Shown here: positions 37,594 to 50,284 of the stretch, one piece after another
Numbering within the stretch: position 1 is the stretch's first letter
Layout: each line of letters opens with the position of its first letter
Assembly: GCA_020184695.1 (NCBI GenBank)
Contig: JAANOX010000253.1
Location: forward strand, 395,114-459,113
Direction of reading: 5' to 3'
Length of the DNA stretch: 64,000 nucleotides
Source of the DNA: Histomonas meleagridis 2922-C6/04-290x
Lineage: Eukaryota > Protista > Parabasalia
Program-made: the position numbers and the translations under genes
The notes under the pieces: generated by a model
Told to the model about the DNA's origin: nothing
Database searches by the model: none
The model's input: only the letters and a program-made list of their open reading frames with translations

Positions 37594-38132
37594 TTAAATT
37601 AATTTTTTATACTGCTCTTTAGTAAGAAATATATGATTATTTTGTAAAGCACAAACTATTCCTTGATTTATTGCATCAGCTATATCATCTTGCTTTTCAT
37701 ATTTTTCTAAATTATCTGGCATTTGAGATGAACTCCAAGAACTAAAATATTTTTCCTCAACATTATTTAAAAAGTTTCTTGCAATATTAACGCTCAATTT
37801 CTTATGAGCTTTATTTTTGGTGTTATATTCTAAACCTAAATATAAATTTTTTTTTTTTTGGTTCAAATAAATGAACATTAGCTCTGAAGGCTAGTGAAAT
37901 AGTAATGATACTATACATTAATTCCATGGCAATGATATTTCTGGGAATTGTTTTTCAATTACTACTGTATCAATATTATTATTTCTTATAATATTGCCAA
38001 TATATTGATTAATCTGCATTTCTCGATAGCATTTTTGGCTTTTGATATATCGATAACGTCAAAAGTAATAGCCGGAAAAGTAATGGCGTAAGCAAGATTT
38101 TTAATTCCAATATCGATTGACAATATCGGCAT
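37594..38132 (-). pseudogene. Poxvirus A22 / RuvC-like Holliday junction resolvase, frameshifted
   Basis: N-terminal MPILSIDIGIKNLAYA (ATG 38130-38132) and C-terminal KQDDIADAINQG match the A22/Ydc2 acidic catalytic motifs (SIDxGxKNLA; KxDDxAD). Confidence 0.8.
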
Positions 38133-38164
38133 TGTTATAAGTATAAGACGAATAAATTTTTCAT

Positions 38165-39141
38165 TTCATTTTTGTGACCTTCCAATTTTTTGTTTCCTCA
38201 AGCATTCCTTTTATCTCATCTTTCCGAATCATGCACTTCTAGACAGATTTCCACATTTTAACGATTGACATAACAGGAATTCTTTCTTTGTTTGGGAAAT
38301 ATTCCTCAACGAATAAATTGTTATTATCTGATTCTTCAATTTCTTTTTAAATTCTTTTAATTTCATCTCGCAATCTTTCTTCCTCTTCTTTTCTTATATC
38401 TTCTATATCTCCAATGGAATATTCATATTCTTTCATCATTTTTTCGCACTTTGCACACTTCAGTGAGTGATATTTAGCATTAAATTTATGAACCTCAGCC
38501 GAAAAATTCATTGAAGCTTCAATGACTTTATCAACATTATACATTTCACTATTATACTCATTTAATTCTTTTCCGCGTAAATCTTTGTTTTTAATCCTCC
38601 AGCAATACTCAGCTAATAATCTATAAAAATCATCAATTATCTTTAATTCAGACCTTTTACGTAATTTTAAGGCGTCAGAATTATATGTTAATGCTTTACT
38701 TTCAAGTATTATTGAGTGATTGCAAGAAAAGGTTTGTGTTTTTCTGTTAATTTTTCTAATTAATGCTTTTATTTCTGTCGAATCGCTTTTTTCAATTTCA
38801 ATTTTTGGGAAACTTTTAACAGAAACATCAATCGTTAATTCTGGTATATTTACTGCTGTAATATATTTTGCGAATTCTAAAATTTGCTCTAAATATTGTT
38901 GATTTCTTTCTAATTTAACTTCAACGGGAAGCTGATGATTCAAAATTTTATTTTTATATTCTTTAATAGTATTTGTATAATTATTAACTGAATCATCAAT
39001 TTTATTTTCAACTTTAATATTATTTAATTTAATCAAACATAAAGCAGACGTCTGATTTTCTGAGACGAAAGCCGAACAAGAATTTTTCATTAACATTTTT
39101 ATTATGAATATTAAATAAATTAATTTTTTAAAAATTGACAT
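38165..39141 (-). CDS. PLV coiled-coil hypothetical protein with frameshifted C-terminal domain
   Basis: 264-aa ORF (38347-39141) continuing as FVEEYFPNKERIPVMSIVKMWK in another frame. Confidence 0.55.
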
Positions 39142-39509
39142 TATTTTTTTAAAGTTAATTTTTATTTTTTTTATTTTTTTATTTTATATAAAATGGAAAG
39201 ATTTTTTGATATAAAGAAAATTGACGAAAACATTGATAAATAAATAGAAACAGCAAAAATTCATTTAAATGAATTATTCATTCAGTTACTGATTACTTTC
39301 ATTGTAGTAAATGATTCAATAGAAACATCACCGTTAGATATTTGTAAACAATATTTAAAATTTATCGAACCGAAGAATAAAAGAAGTAAAAAGAATAAAA
39401 ATATTATCGCAGAACAACATATAAAAATAAATGAGGTGTTAGTTTATGTGAATGAATCATTAAAAAGTATTCGTGATATTATTGCCGAAACGGCATAAAA
39501 TGCCTTGAG

Positions 39510-42500
39510 GCTCTAAGAGCTGAATACAGCTAACAGAGAATCAGATATAATTGCAGTGACTTTTCCAATAATCATATTATTTATTTTTGTCTATAATGGC
39601 GTATCGTCATATAATACAGTCCCATCATATAAAATAGTATCACCAATATTATATTTTGATGAATCATTAACTTTAAAATAATAATCTCCGTGAGTTGCAA
39701 AATCAATTGTATCTTGATTAATGGATATATCTTGTTTAATTATATCTCCTATTTGAAAAATTTCTCCAGCTGTATGTATTTCTGTACAAATTCCAATAAA
39801 TTCTTTATAAGAACCATTGCCTTTTACAGACGGAATACAATTAGTAGAATCAGTAACTGAAGTATAATTATATGAATCATTTAATTTATATACGTTACCT
39901 GTAATAAATACAGGACAACCGATATTGAAATCATTTAATGTTAATGTATCGTCTATTGGCGCGTTATGCACAATAGTTTTATTTATCTGTCCTCCACCAT
40001 TTGCTGATATAATTGCTTTTCTGTATATATCATCTGACACATGCCAAAATCTTAATTCATTTTGATAAGAAGCTATACGCCAATTATATGTTCCTGGTGC
40101 TTCTGTTGATTGGTCGTGATATACAAAATATAAAAATCTTCCTGTTCTTAATACTGCATTTTGATATAAAACTATATCATTAGGTTCATGAGTATGAGAA
40201 GAGAATGTAAATGTTGATGGTTTATCTGTAATATCATTATAACTATAAGTATGTCCATTTAATGAAAAGATACTTACATTAATATAATTAATAGAATTAC
40301 AATATATGTTACCATCATTTCCATTGAAACTGATAACATCATCATTATTATCAAGTTTACCGAAATACATAACATTGTCGGCAGTTCTTATTCTTCAGCT
40401 ATAATCACTATTATCATTATTATCATGAAGATCTATGTATTGTCCTTTTTCCATAACACTATCACTCTTAATAGTAGCTATACAAGGTAAAGAATTTAAA
40501 TGATTTCCTTCTGAAAAACCATTATTTATATAATAATTGTTAATCTTACCATTAATAGTGATGTCGTTGTTAATTTCGGTATGAGTATGAGAACTTGGCA
40601 TAAAAGTAGTTGGTTTGTTAATAATATCATTATAATCAGGTTTGTTAATACATAAATTATCAACAGTTTTATCTATATAAAATTCTTTTATTTCTGGGAC
40701 TGATAAATCTGTTCTTTGAGAAATACTTATGAAAAATTTATTTTCTGCATGTGATAAAGCTGTTTGTTGCCACTCATTATTAGATATATTTATTGTTTGG
40801 AAATTCAAATAATTGTAAGTATGAACATGACTTGTTAAAGAATATCTGCCATCATGATTATGTGTTGTTAATGAGTATTCATCATGAGTATGATTTAACG
40901 GAGAGTATTTGTCGTCATGATTATGTGTTGTTAATAAGAAACTACTAACAGAAATATTATTAATTGATGAACAAGCAAAATTACCAGATTTGTTGAATGA
41001 AAATGAAGGATTTACATATTCATTATCAATAAAAAATCTGACTAAATTAGGTCCACTCGAATGTAAACTAATTCTGAAATGAAAATCTGTTCCTTCTGCA
41101 TTATTTGTATGATGAAAATTCAAACAATTTGGTATTTCAAATACACCTCCGCTAATTAATGGGATTGATGGTGTTACTAATTAAGTTCATTTGCGATTAC
41201 CAATAGGATATCCGTTTAAAGTATTTACTTGAATATTACGATTAACTACCAAATCATTATGAATTGTTGTATGAGTATGATTTAACAAGAAGTATTTATC
41301 ATCATGACTATGTGTTGTTAGTGAGTATTCATCATGATTATGATTTAATGGATAGTATTTATCGTCATGATTATGTGTCGTTAGTGAAATATCATTTGTA
41401 TTAATACAGTTAATTGTTGTACATTCAACATTACCATTAATTATTAAGTCTTGATTAATTGATGTGTAAATTTCATGAATATCTGTTTCCTCTTCCTTGA
41501 CAGTTACTGTTTCTACATAACTTTATTAAAGCTTATACCAGTACTGGTATTTAATTATTTATATCACCGTCTTCACCTGGCGGTCCCATTAAAATTTCTT
41601 GAATATCTTCATCATCAATAATCATTTGTTTTGTGAAGTAGTATTCTATCGTTATTTCACCGTTGACGTTAATTATACCATAACTATATACTGTATTATC
41701 AAGCATAATTAAATTTCCGTTTGGAAAACTAATTAATAAAGAATTTTGGTTTTCTTCACCGTCAACTGTTGATATACTAACTCCGTTCACAAAAGATATA
41801 GCGTCTCCGATGAATAAAATTCTGTCTTTAACCAAAGCTATTTCTTCTGTATACCGTTAATAGTTGAACATTTAACATTACCATTAACTTTTAAGTCTTG
41901 ATTATTTGATGTGTAAATTTATTAAATATCTTCTTCTTCTTTATCAACAGTTACTGTTCCAACAAAATCTTCATTATAATTTATACCTGTGATCTTTTTA
42001 TTAATATTTATTAAATTATCATCCGTTAAATATTCAGAATGTGCATGATTTAATGGAGAGTATTTATCATCATGATTGTGATTTTTTAATGCAAAATCTT
42101 CTGTTGAATAACCGTTAATGGTATCAATAATTAAATTTGTAATTGTAACATTATTACTATCTTTATTGATATTTACGAATTGTTTATATAAATCTAAATC
42201 ATTATTTATACTATCAAACATTTCAATTATGTATGCATTTTTTATTATATTTTCTCCAGTAAGTATATCATCAACTCTAATATTATTATTGATATACTTT
42301 AAATTTTTTATACTATTATCTAACGGTGATATTACAACATGATTTCTTCCGTAAGTGAAAACAAATGATTTGTCATAACTATTTATCTGTAATGTACATA
42401 TACCATTTGATAATGTATCAGATGTTTTTGAATGATTACTGTATACAACACTGTTTTTATTCATTAATGCTCTAACTATATTTTCAATTTTTTCAAACTG

Positions 42501-42512
42501 TGAATTTGACAT
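39510..42512 (-). pseudogene. Long modular fibre/tail-like protein with HxH repeats and a short collagen-like segment
   Basis: Repeated HNHDD(K/R)YS, HTH, HSH and HAH motifs. Duplicated module at ~41400-41520 and ~41860-41960. MGPPGEDGD segment. C-terminal IGCPVFITG...DFATHGDYYFKV domain. Confidence 0.7.
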
Positions 42513-42813
42513 TTTTAATAAGATAAAAATGTATAAAACTGAAAATCAATTTACAACAACTGCGTCTCAGTTACCGATTGAAGAAAATTATACAAATCTT
42601 GATTTAGATAAGTATGAAGTATTAAATCCTCAAAATGGTTATACTTTCCGTTATCCTCAACGTTGGTTAGAGTCTCCATCACAGAATAAAGCTATTGGCA
42701 TAAGAAGATTAAATATAACTCCGACCGCTCACGTTTTTTTTTTTTTACAGTTTGAAGTAACTAAACCAGAAAGTGTCAGTGGTTCTTCATTTAATCCACG
42801 TATCATTAAAATT

Positions 42814-43963
42814 TGATTCTATGATAATATTTAATAATTTTTGGACAACCGTAAAACCCCATTCAAAATGTTGGACTAAAATAAAACATTTTTTTTAATG
42901 ATTTTTAATTAAATTAAGCTGGATATTATTGTTCCAGGATCTTTTCGTTCCATTTTGGTGTATTCCATAAATATCGTGGATCGCCATATTCCATGGCGTT
43001 GAATTACATTATCTTGGATACCTAGTTTTGCGGTAGCATTCGCTCCGCCTTTCCTTAGGGAATGGGAAGAATATTTATTGTGTTCTTTAATTCCAATATT
43101 CATCATTATATTTTTGATTTTTCTCGAGAATGTTTCATTAGAAAATTTAAAAACCTTTTCATTTTGGTCGAATTGTTTAAGCGAAAAAAAAAGTTGAACT
43201 CAATTAAACGGATTATGCTGTTGCTTGATAGGGTCACCCTTTATTATGAAACACATAGTACCACATGACAATGGATCATTTTTTGATCGTTTAATATTTA
43301 AAGAAATTCCATCTTCTTCAATTTATATGTCATTAAACTCAAGATTTGATAATTCAGAAAATCTTAATAAACCAAAATATGAAAGAGAAATTGCAGTGAA
43401 GAATTCTACATCTGAATATAAATTCTGATTCATAATTTTAGAAATTTTAATCATATCTTATTTTGTAATTGGTTTTTTTTTTGCTTTTTTATGGGAAACT
43501 CCAAGTTTTCTTTGAATTGATTTGATGTAATTTTGAAATTCATATGATTTTGTCTCATCATTTTGTTTTTGTGAATTGTAGTAATAAGAAAAACTAGAAA
43601 TAAATAATTTAAATGTGCTATATTGTATCGGTGGTTGACAAACATCTAATTTAAAGTGTAAAAATCATCTAATGTTTGCTTCTGTTAGAAATGGTGGAGG
43701 AGCTCCTTGTATTTCTTTCATTGTTCTTTCATAACTATTAAAATATGATTTATATGTGCTAACCGATGAAGGATTAATGGCGAATGCTTCCGACTCTTTT
43801 GTTGCCTCAACGAAGTCTTCAAAGTTCATTTTGTGACCGACCTCGGTCACATCATTTTGAATGGGGTTTTACGGTTGTCCAAAAATTATTAAATATTGTC
43901 ATAGAATAAAAGTTTTTGGCAACAACAGTCGCTTCAAGACGGTTGACCAAAAACTTCTAAGTT
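42814..43963 (-). mobile_element. Tyrosine-recombinase (Crypton/TEC-like) DNA element with ~55-bp inverted repeats
   Basis: IR at 42816-42870 versus 43853-43907 (one mismatch). No target-site duplication beyond TT. Boundaries defined by the restored host frame. Confidence 0.8.
42909..43850 (-). pseudogene. Tyrosine recombinase (phage-integrase fold, DIRS/Crypton-like)
   Basis: YFGLLRFSE (R), IKRSKND (K), SSHSLRKGGA (H-x-x-R), HGIWRS (H/W) and FMEYT (Y). Several in-frame stops. Confidence 0.9.
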
Positions 43964-44559
43964 ATGGCACAAAATACTTAATTTGAAATTTCAACGTCAG
44001 TTTGCAATAGTTTTAATAATGCATTCACCAGTTATAGATTATCTTACGAATACGAAAACTCAGGCAATTTATATTTTGCTTGTACTTATGTTGGTTCGGA
44101 TGAAACTCAGAATCTTGTCGCAAAATTTGCGATTGTTGATTCAGGAACTACTACATCTAATTTAGAAAGTTTTTTTATATTCTTAAATCAAGATGTAACG
44201 TCAGAAAATATAAGTTATTTGATGACTCAAACCGATGTAATGACTTTTAATAATATATGGAACCGTGAGTATTTAGAATTTCATGCTCAATTTAGTGATT
44301 CAAAACAAAGATTCATTGGCATCAAAAATGATTTTTATGATAAACCGACAGTATTATATAACGAGCCTAATAACGGCTCAACATTTAACATCAGATTTAC
44401 AACAAACGGCAAAAATAATATTTATTCAAAATACTCTAGGTTTATTATTCAATTAGTATTTTTTTATGATTACAGAAAAACTGTCGTACTTTAAGAGTAA
44501 AGCGACCTTTTGATATCATTAGGGGTTGTCTTTTTATCTTTTTCTTCATTAAATACAAC

Positions 44560-45280
44560 ATATATTTTAATACAACATTACAATAGAATTGACGTAAACT
44601 TACCGTCACTCACACGTCAAGCAAAAATGATTGTAACATCGCTAGCGACTAAATGTTCTATTGTTGTTATTGAGATAGATGATTTTATACAGATTAACGG
44701 CAAAAAATATCATTTCAATAATGATTATACAGACTCAAATTCGCAAACGTTTATATTACTATTGAATTCGCTTATTCAAGAATCAGGCGTTACGTCTGAA
44801 GTCGACGAAGCAGGAAGAATCGTATTTACTTTATCAAATGCTTTTACGATAAATAACGTTTCATATAATATAATTCAAATTTCTGGGTTGTACTCACAAA
44901 TTCTTACTCTTTCGTCAACATTCGACGGTACAGATACATTTGAAATATTCGCTGAATCAGTCGGAAACACTTTATCAACTCCTGTTCTTTATCTTTTGTC
45001 AAACGTTGGATAAAGTTCGTATAGAAACTTAAACAAAACCATTAACATTTCAAAAATTGTTTTTAGAATTAACAATAGCTTTTCGGCGAATTTTCCGATT
45101 ATTGTATCAAACGCTGATTTCGAAATTGACATTAATTCTAATGATTTATCACATATTCAATTAACACTCGTCGACGCAAACCTTCATGAAGAACATTTAC
45201 TGAATCCAATGTATATAACAATTTCTGTTCAAGGCATACAGGACGAAGATTTATTTGTCGGTGAGATTCAAAATCAAAAA
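44560..45280 (+). pseudogene. Putative minor capsid (penton-like) protein, one premature stop
   Basis: YNRIDVNLP...STPVLYLLSNVG*...RINNSFSANFPII...NDLSHIQLTLVDANLH. Clear ortholog at 50285-50926. The penton call is inferred from context and beta-rich pattern. Confidence 0.55.
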
Positions 45281-45301
45281 TAAATTTTTTAATTTATTTT
45301 T

Positions 45302-46198
45302 TCATTTTATTTTTTGATTTATAATAACTCTTCGTGCTTTAATGTTGTGAATGGAAAAAATTCCGTGTGGATCTTTGCTGTATTCTTTCCATAGCGCTTT
45401 AGCATCAAATACACTCGCTGCTGCTAGTGATCCCTTCAACAAATCAATAAAGTCTTCATGTTTGATACCGTTAAACAGTACAATATCCGACGAAGTTCTT
45501 TTTATATCTTTTGGTATACTCTTTGTTGTTTGCACACATATGATAACGTTAATATTAAAGTGTCTGAGTTTTTTCGATAATCTTGACATCTCCGTTCTCT
45601 TACTCCGTAGTAATGGATGATTAGCAAAATCATCTAATATCAACATACATTTATGCGAATAAGTTTTCCATTGATACTTTGCTAACTTCTCTGAAATGTA
45701 TTTTAATTTCTTCTTTGAATTACTCAAATTATATTTCATAAATAATCTTTCTACTACTTCATCCGTTTTCTTAAAATCAGAATTGATATATTTAATGATA
45801 GAATTATATTTTAATATTCGCCTGATATATTTATTGATCCAATTTAACTAATCAGTATCTTTTATGGCAACAAGTTTCGTTTTCTTTATTGCTTCCTTAT
45901 ATGTATTTACTGTTTCATCAAATTTTGATGATGTACTACAAATAGTTATTAGTTCAAAAAATGGTTCGTTAAATAGTACTTCTTGTTTCGCGCCGAGTTC
46001 AACGTAAAGATATGATTTACCTGAACCCATCGGCGCTATAAATGTTGTTATTCCGTTTTGAGCAAATAAAAACTTTTCATGTATTGGTTTTATTTTCGCA
46101 TTCTCTAAAATTTCTTTGCTTTGCTTTTCTAATTTATCAAACAATTCTTCTATCTCATTAAATTTTTTATCTACACTTTCTGATTTATTTTTTCGCAT
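45302..46198 (-). pseudogene. A32/FtsK-like genome packaging ATPase, single in-frame TAG
   Basis: Walker A APMGSGKS, Walker B LILDDF and the A32 signature LRHFNINVIICVQ. The two ORFs are in frame, separated by TAG at 45848-45850. Confidence 0.9.
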
Positions 46199-46238
46199 TA
46201 TTTTTTATTTATAATAAAAAATTTTTTACCGCTAATAA

Positions 46239-46700
46239 ATGGATTCATTTCAAGATTATTTAATATCAGAATATAAAATTGATTACGCCGCCGTTGAGTT
46301 TAAATATAATCACAATACAACAGTTAAGATAGATAAACCAACAAACAAACCTATACTTCATAATAATATTTTTGTTTGCGTTAAATTTTATGATAAGAAT
46401 TTAAAACTTCTTGAATCTGCAAATTTAAAGTTTACCGATAACATTCTCACAAAAACAAATGAAAAGAAACTTGTAAATATAGCTCCTGCATAATTAAATA
46501 ATAGATTTATGAAAGCCAAGAATGATATCGTAAAACGCATCACTGACGAATTAATAGAGAAACGTGAAGAAATTGATAATAGGATTATATCATTAAATGC
46601 TTACGTTGGAAATGAAAATTTAGCGATTTCAAAAGAGTTTGAAGGTTTAAAAATTAGTTTTCCAGGATATACTAATGATAAAAAAACGTTTGATATGTAA
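46239..46700 (+). CDS. Two small conserved PLV ORFs
   Basis: MDSFQDYLISEY...VKFYDKNL aligns with family A MESFEEYIKSEY...VKFYDDKL (51468-51755, 31749-31991). MKAKNDIVK aligns with MNAKNEIIK. Confidence 0.65.
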
Positions 46701-46859
46701 ACTAACTTTTTTATCATTATCTCGCTACCTCAGCAGCTCCAGTAAACTTGCAATTTTCGACTCATATCCTTCAAAAAATGCTTATTTACTCCGATTCGTT
46801 GGAAATTAAAAAACGAGGTCAAAAAATCACCTTTGAATTTTAAAAGATACTTTTTCGAT

Positions 46860-48305
46860 AAAAATAAACATTTTTCATAAAGCATCTTCATCAACTTCGT
46901 CATCAACTATTTGTTCTCATTATTTTTTGTGATATTTTTCAAACCTATCATAAACTTCTGGCAATAAATTATATACTTCTGCTGTTTTTCCATTAATCCA
47001 TTTTTGCATAGCATTTCCCGTGAATTTTTTTATATTTGCGATAAAAGTTCTTGGACTGCAACTATTGATTTTGTTTTTCTTAACAAAATCACAATAGAAA
47101 TTAAATAAATCAGGACTGGTAATATTTTTGATTTTATCATAATTGTCTCTAGCAAAAATTTCATAACTTGACATTGAAGCTTCTTTTATATTTTCTTTTG
47201 CTTCAGTATTCGGTAATACCTATAAATTTGTTTTTGACACATCCATTAACATAAAAATTGTATATAAATTTTCATTAAATTTGAGCGTGAATGTTTCCGC
47301 TAACTTTGCAAAATATTTGAATTCTTGTAAGTGTTTATCACTAGTTTTAGTCACAACATATCTTCTGTCATTACTTTATATTCTTATTATAACATCGTAA
47401 TTTGAAACAATAATAAAATTAGCAACATTTTCTGTTTCTCTCATTGGTTCATTCTTTTGATTTATATTTATTGTTTTATTTGTTATAATAGATTTTAACG
47501 CATCGGAATTTAAAAATTTGTTAGTATCAATACTTTGTGATTCATTTAAAACCAATAATTTTATGTTTTTTAATGTTGCACTGAATTTGCCGACTACTGA
47601 TTCTATATTCGTAACATTTTCATTTGCATATCTTGCCATTAATTTGCATATTACATCTGTAAAGAACGTATTTTTACCTGTTCCTTGGTTTCCTAATATA
47701 ACTAAAGCAACTCCTGTTTTGAAATTTGGTTTTTGAAGAATTGATGCAATCCAAATTAAAATATATCTGTATACTTTTTCATTACCGTTTGCTATAACTT
47801 CACGGACATGATCTAAAAATGGTTGTATAATTTCTGTTTTTACTTCATCCGATTTTTTATAATCATAACCTCTAAAGTAACTGAAAATTTGAGGATCATT
47901 TGAATAAAATTTTTATGCCTTCACTGTAAATATTTTTGTATTTTTCAAGTATAAATCCCAGGCGGAAATATTTTTTGTTTTATTTCCTTCTATTCTTCTT
48001 CCAATAGTTATTTTCTTTTATTTCTGTTTAGCAATATTTTCCGAAGTGTAAGAAACTTTAACGCAATCATTCAATGCATCATAATCCTTAAACATGAAGA
48101 CTTCCGGTGTTGAATGACTTACTAAAAAACATTTCTTTAAATCATTTATTGCTTCATCTCCGTTTGAATCATACGGAGCTTTATCTCTAATATCCATTAA
48201 ACAGAATTTGTCGTTTATATCAATACTCACCTCTGACATTCTTTTAGTGAGAATAAAAAAACAAAAAACTACTTTAAAACTAAGCTTAATTTCCTTACTT
48301 GCCAT
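46860..48305 (-). pseudogene. SF3 (D5-like) helicase, fragmented
   Basis: Walker A ILGNQGTGKNTF, Walker B LLVLNE and motif C ENVANFIIVSN. Confidence 0.85.
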
Positions 48306-48540
48306 TACCTAACTTACCAAGGTTTTATTCCTCTTTATACTTTATGTATTTTTTTCTTGTTTCTCATTATATACTGTTATTTTTTCTTATTCTTTTCATT
48401 TCTTGAAATCTCTGAGTTTTACAGGTAAGTTAGGTTAGGAGTAAGTCTTAAATTTATTTTATTTTCCGCACATGTTACCGTAAACTTGACCGTTAATTAT
48501 TAATTTCAGTCATCCTCTCGTCGTTAATGCTTTCTTTTAT

Positions 48541-48600
48541 GTAGCGCGTATTGCTGCGAGCGTATCACGCGAAGCAGCAATAGTCGCTGTGTGTGTGTGT
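48541..48600 (-). other. Putative family B terminus: 5'-(AC)6-AG plus hairpin
   Basis: The minus strand reads ACACACACACACAGCGAC. Stem TATTGCTGC/GCAGCAATA with inner GCGT/ACGC. GCGAAGC at 48569-48575. Confidence 0.65.
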
Positions 48601-50097
48601 ACATATAAGCTCCATAAAGATCTATATAATAATACTTACCTATTAAATGTATTTGTTGCCATATATTTTTAGGAAATATCCATTTATTACGTATTTTATT
48701 AGCTATATCACCTGATAATTCGTATACACCATTAAAACAACCATACTCATACATAATCTTTAACACTAAATCACTATATCTATAATATTTTACAACATTA
48801 ATATTTAATTTTAATTTATTATTAATAATATTTTGTAATTCATTTAATCTATATCCTAATTCTTTATCAGTTATATCATATCCAAATAACTTCTTGCTAT
48901 GTTTCATTATTTTTAACAAATTTGAGTATAAACTCCTTATCAGGTATTTTTATTAATTTATAATTATTATAAGGTTTAATTACTGCTTTGTAGCTCCAAC
49001 ATAATTTATTATAAATGTTGATATCGATAGGTTTTAATAAATTATATTGTTTCATAACATCAATTAAAGAATATATATATATATTCATCCGTATATTCGA
49101 TGGGTTTAGATTTATTATAATTTGTAATACTATCAATTGATATATTAACATTTCCATTCAACATATGATGATTATATATAATTATTAATTTTATACTTTT
49201 ATCATATTGTTTTCCATAATCTCTGTGAGTAAAACCTTTGTTAGCCATATATCTAATATTAATATGAATTTTTAATAAATCAGATATATCTTTTAATTGT
49301 TATAATGGAACTGTTCTAGTATTGATAAATGATCTTAGCATATTAATCTCATTTACTGTAAATAAATTACTAGCAATAAATGATTGAACTAAACAAGATT
49401 CATTAATAATATCAATGTTGATGTTATTGAAAATACCATACTTAGTGAGATCTATATTAGTTATAATAATATAAGGGAAAAATCCTGGATTAACTCTTTA
49501 ACTATTTTTTAAATTTTCGAATTCAAATTTTATAGATATAATATTTTTGAAAGTGTCTAATGCCAATGTATTAGAATCACTAATATTATATTTTTCATTA
49601 ATAATATCATATAAGAAATTAACAGTATTCATATTTCCATGATAGTAAGATATATTATTATCATCACCAATTATTGTCATTCTAATATCTTTATTGATCT
49701 TAGCACCAACTGATTTAATAGCATACATTAAAGCATATAATATAATGTTATGTTATTTATTAATATTATTATAAGTAAAATCTTTTTGTAATAATAATTT
49801 ATTTATTAAATCTTTAGTTATATCATTAATAGATTTATTTTTTCCAACAGGTTTCTCTGCAAATTCTTTATCTGATAAAGCCATATTATAATAATCATCA
49901 AATGAATCATATTCTGATAAACCTTTCTTAATTTTATATTGTAGCTGATTATACGATAATTTAGTATACTTATTATTTCTTTCATCAAATACTTTATATT
50001 TGATAGTAGTATTTATATGTTCAAAATTATCTGGTAGAGTATATCCATATTTATTATATAGATTTTTAACTGTTTTAGTATTTAATCTCTTTGGCAT
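48601..50097 (-). pseudogene. Family A PolB, truncated just after motif A
   Basis: MPKRLNTKTV...FFPY...GCFNGVYELSG...YYYIDLYGAYM, then abuts the family B (AC)n terminus. Confidence 0.75.
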
Positions 50098-50284
50098 TAT
50101 ATTTATTAAAAATAAAAAAAAATAAAATTTATGAATTTTATTTAAAAAAAATCAAAGATAGTATATTTCAACATTATATAAAATACTAAACGATGTAATT
50201 GATTATACTATATTATCATATGATTATGAACATTATAATAGAATTGATATAAATCTCCCTAGTCCACCTACTAGAAAATCTAAA

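Larger units (their letters stand above)
42529..44494 (+). pseudogene. Putative capsid-associated structural gene interrupted by the YR element
   Basis: Joining 42813 to 43964 gives ...RIIKI|MAQNTxFEIS..., aligning with family A ...SIQIMSHNNLxEI. The frame continues to 44494. Confidence 0.6.
33604..48600. mobile_element. Polinton-like endogenous virus, family B (left-truncated, right terminus apparently intact)
   Basis: Contains PolB, HNH, A22-like resolvase, fibre, two capsid-like genes, A32 ATPase and SF3 helicase. Ends in (TG)6T at 48588-48600. Confidence 0.85.
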
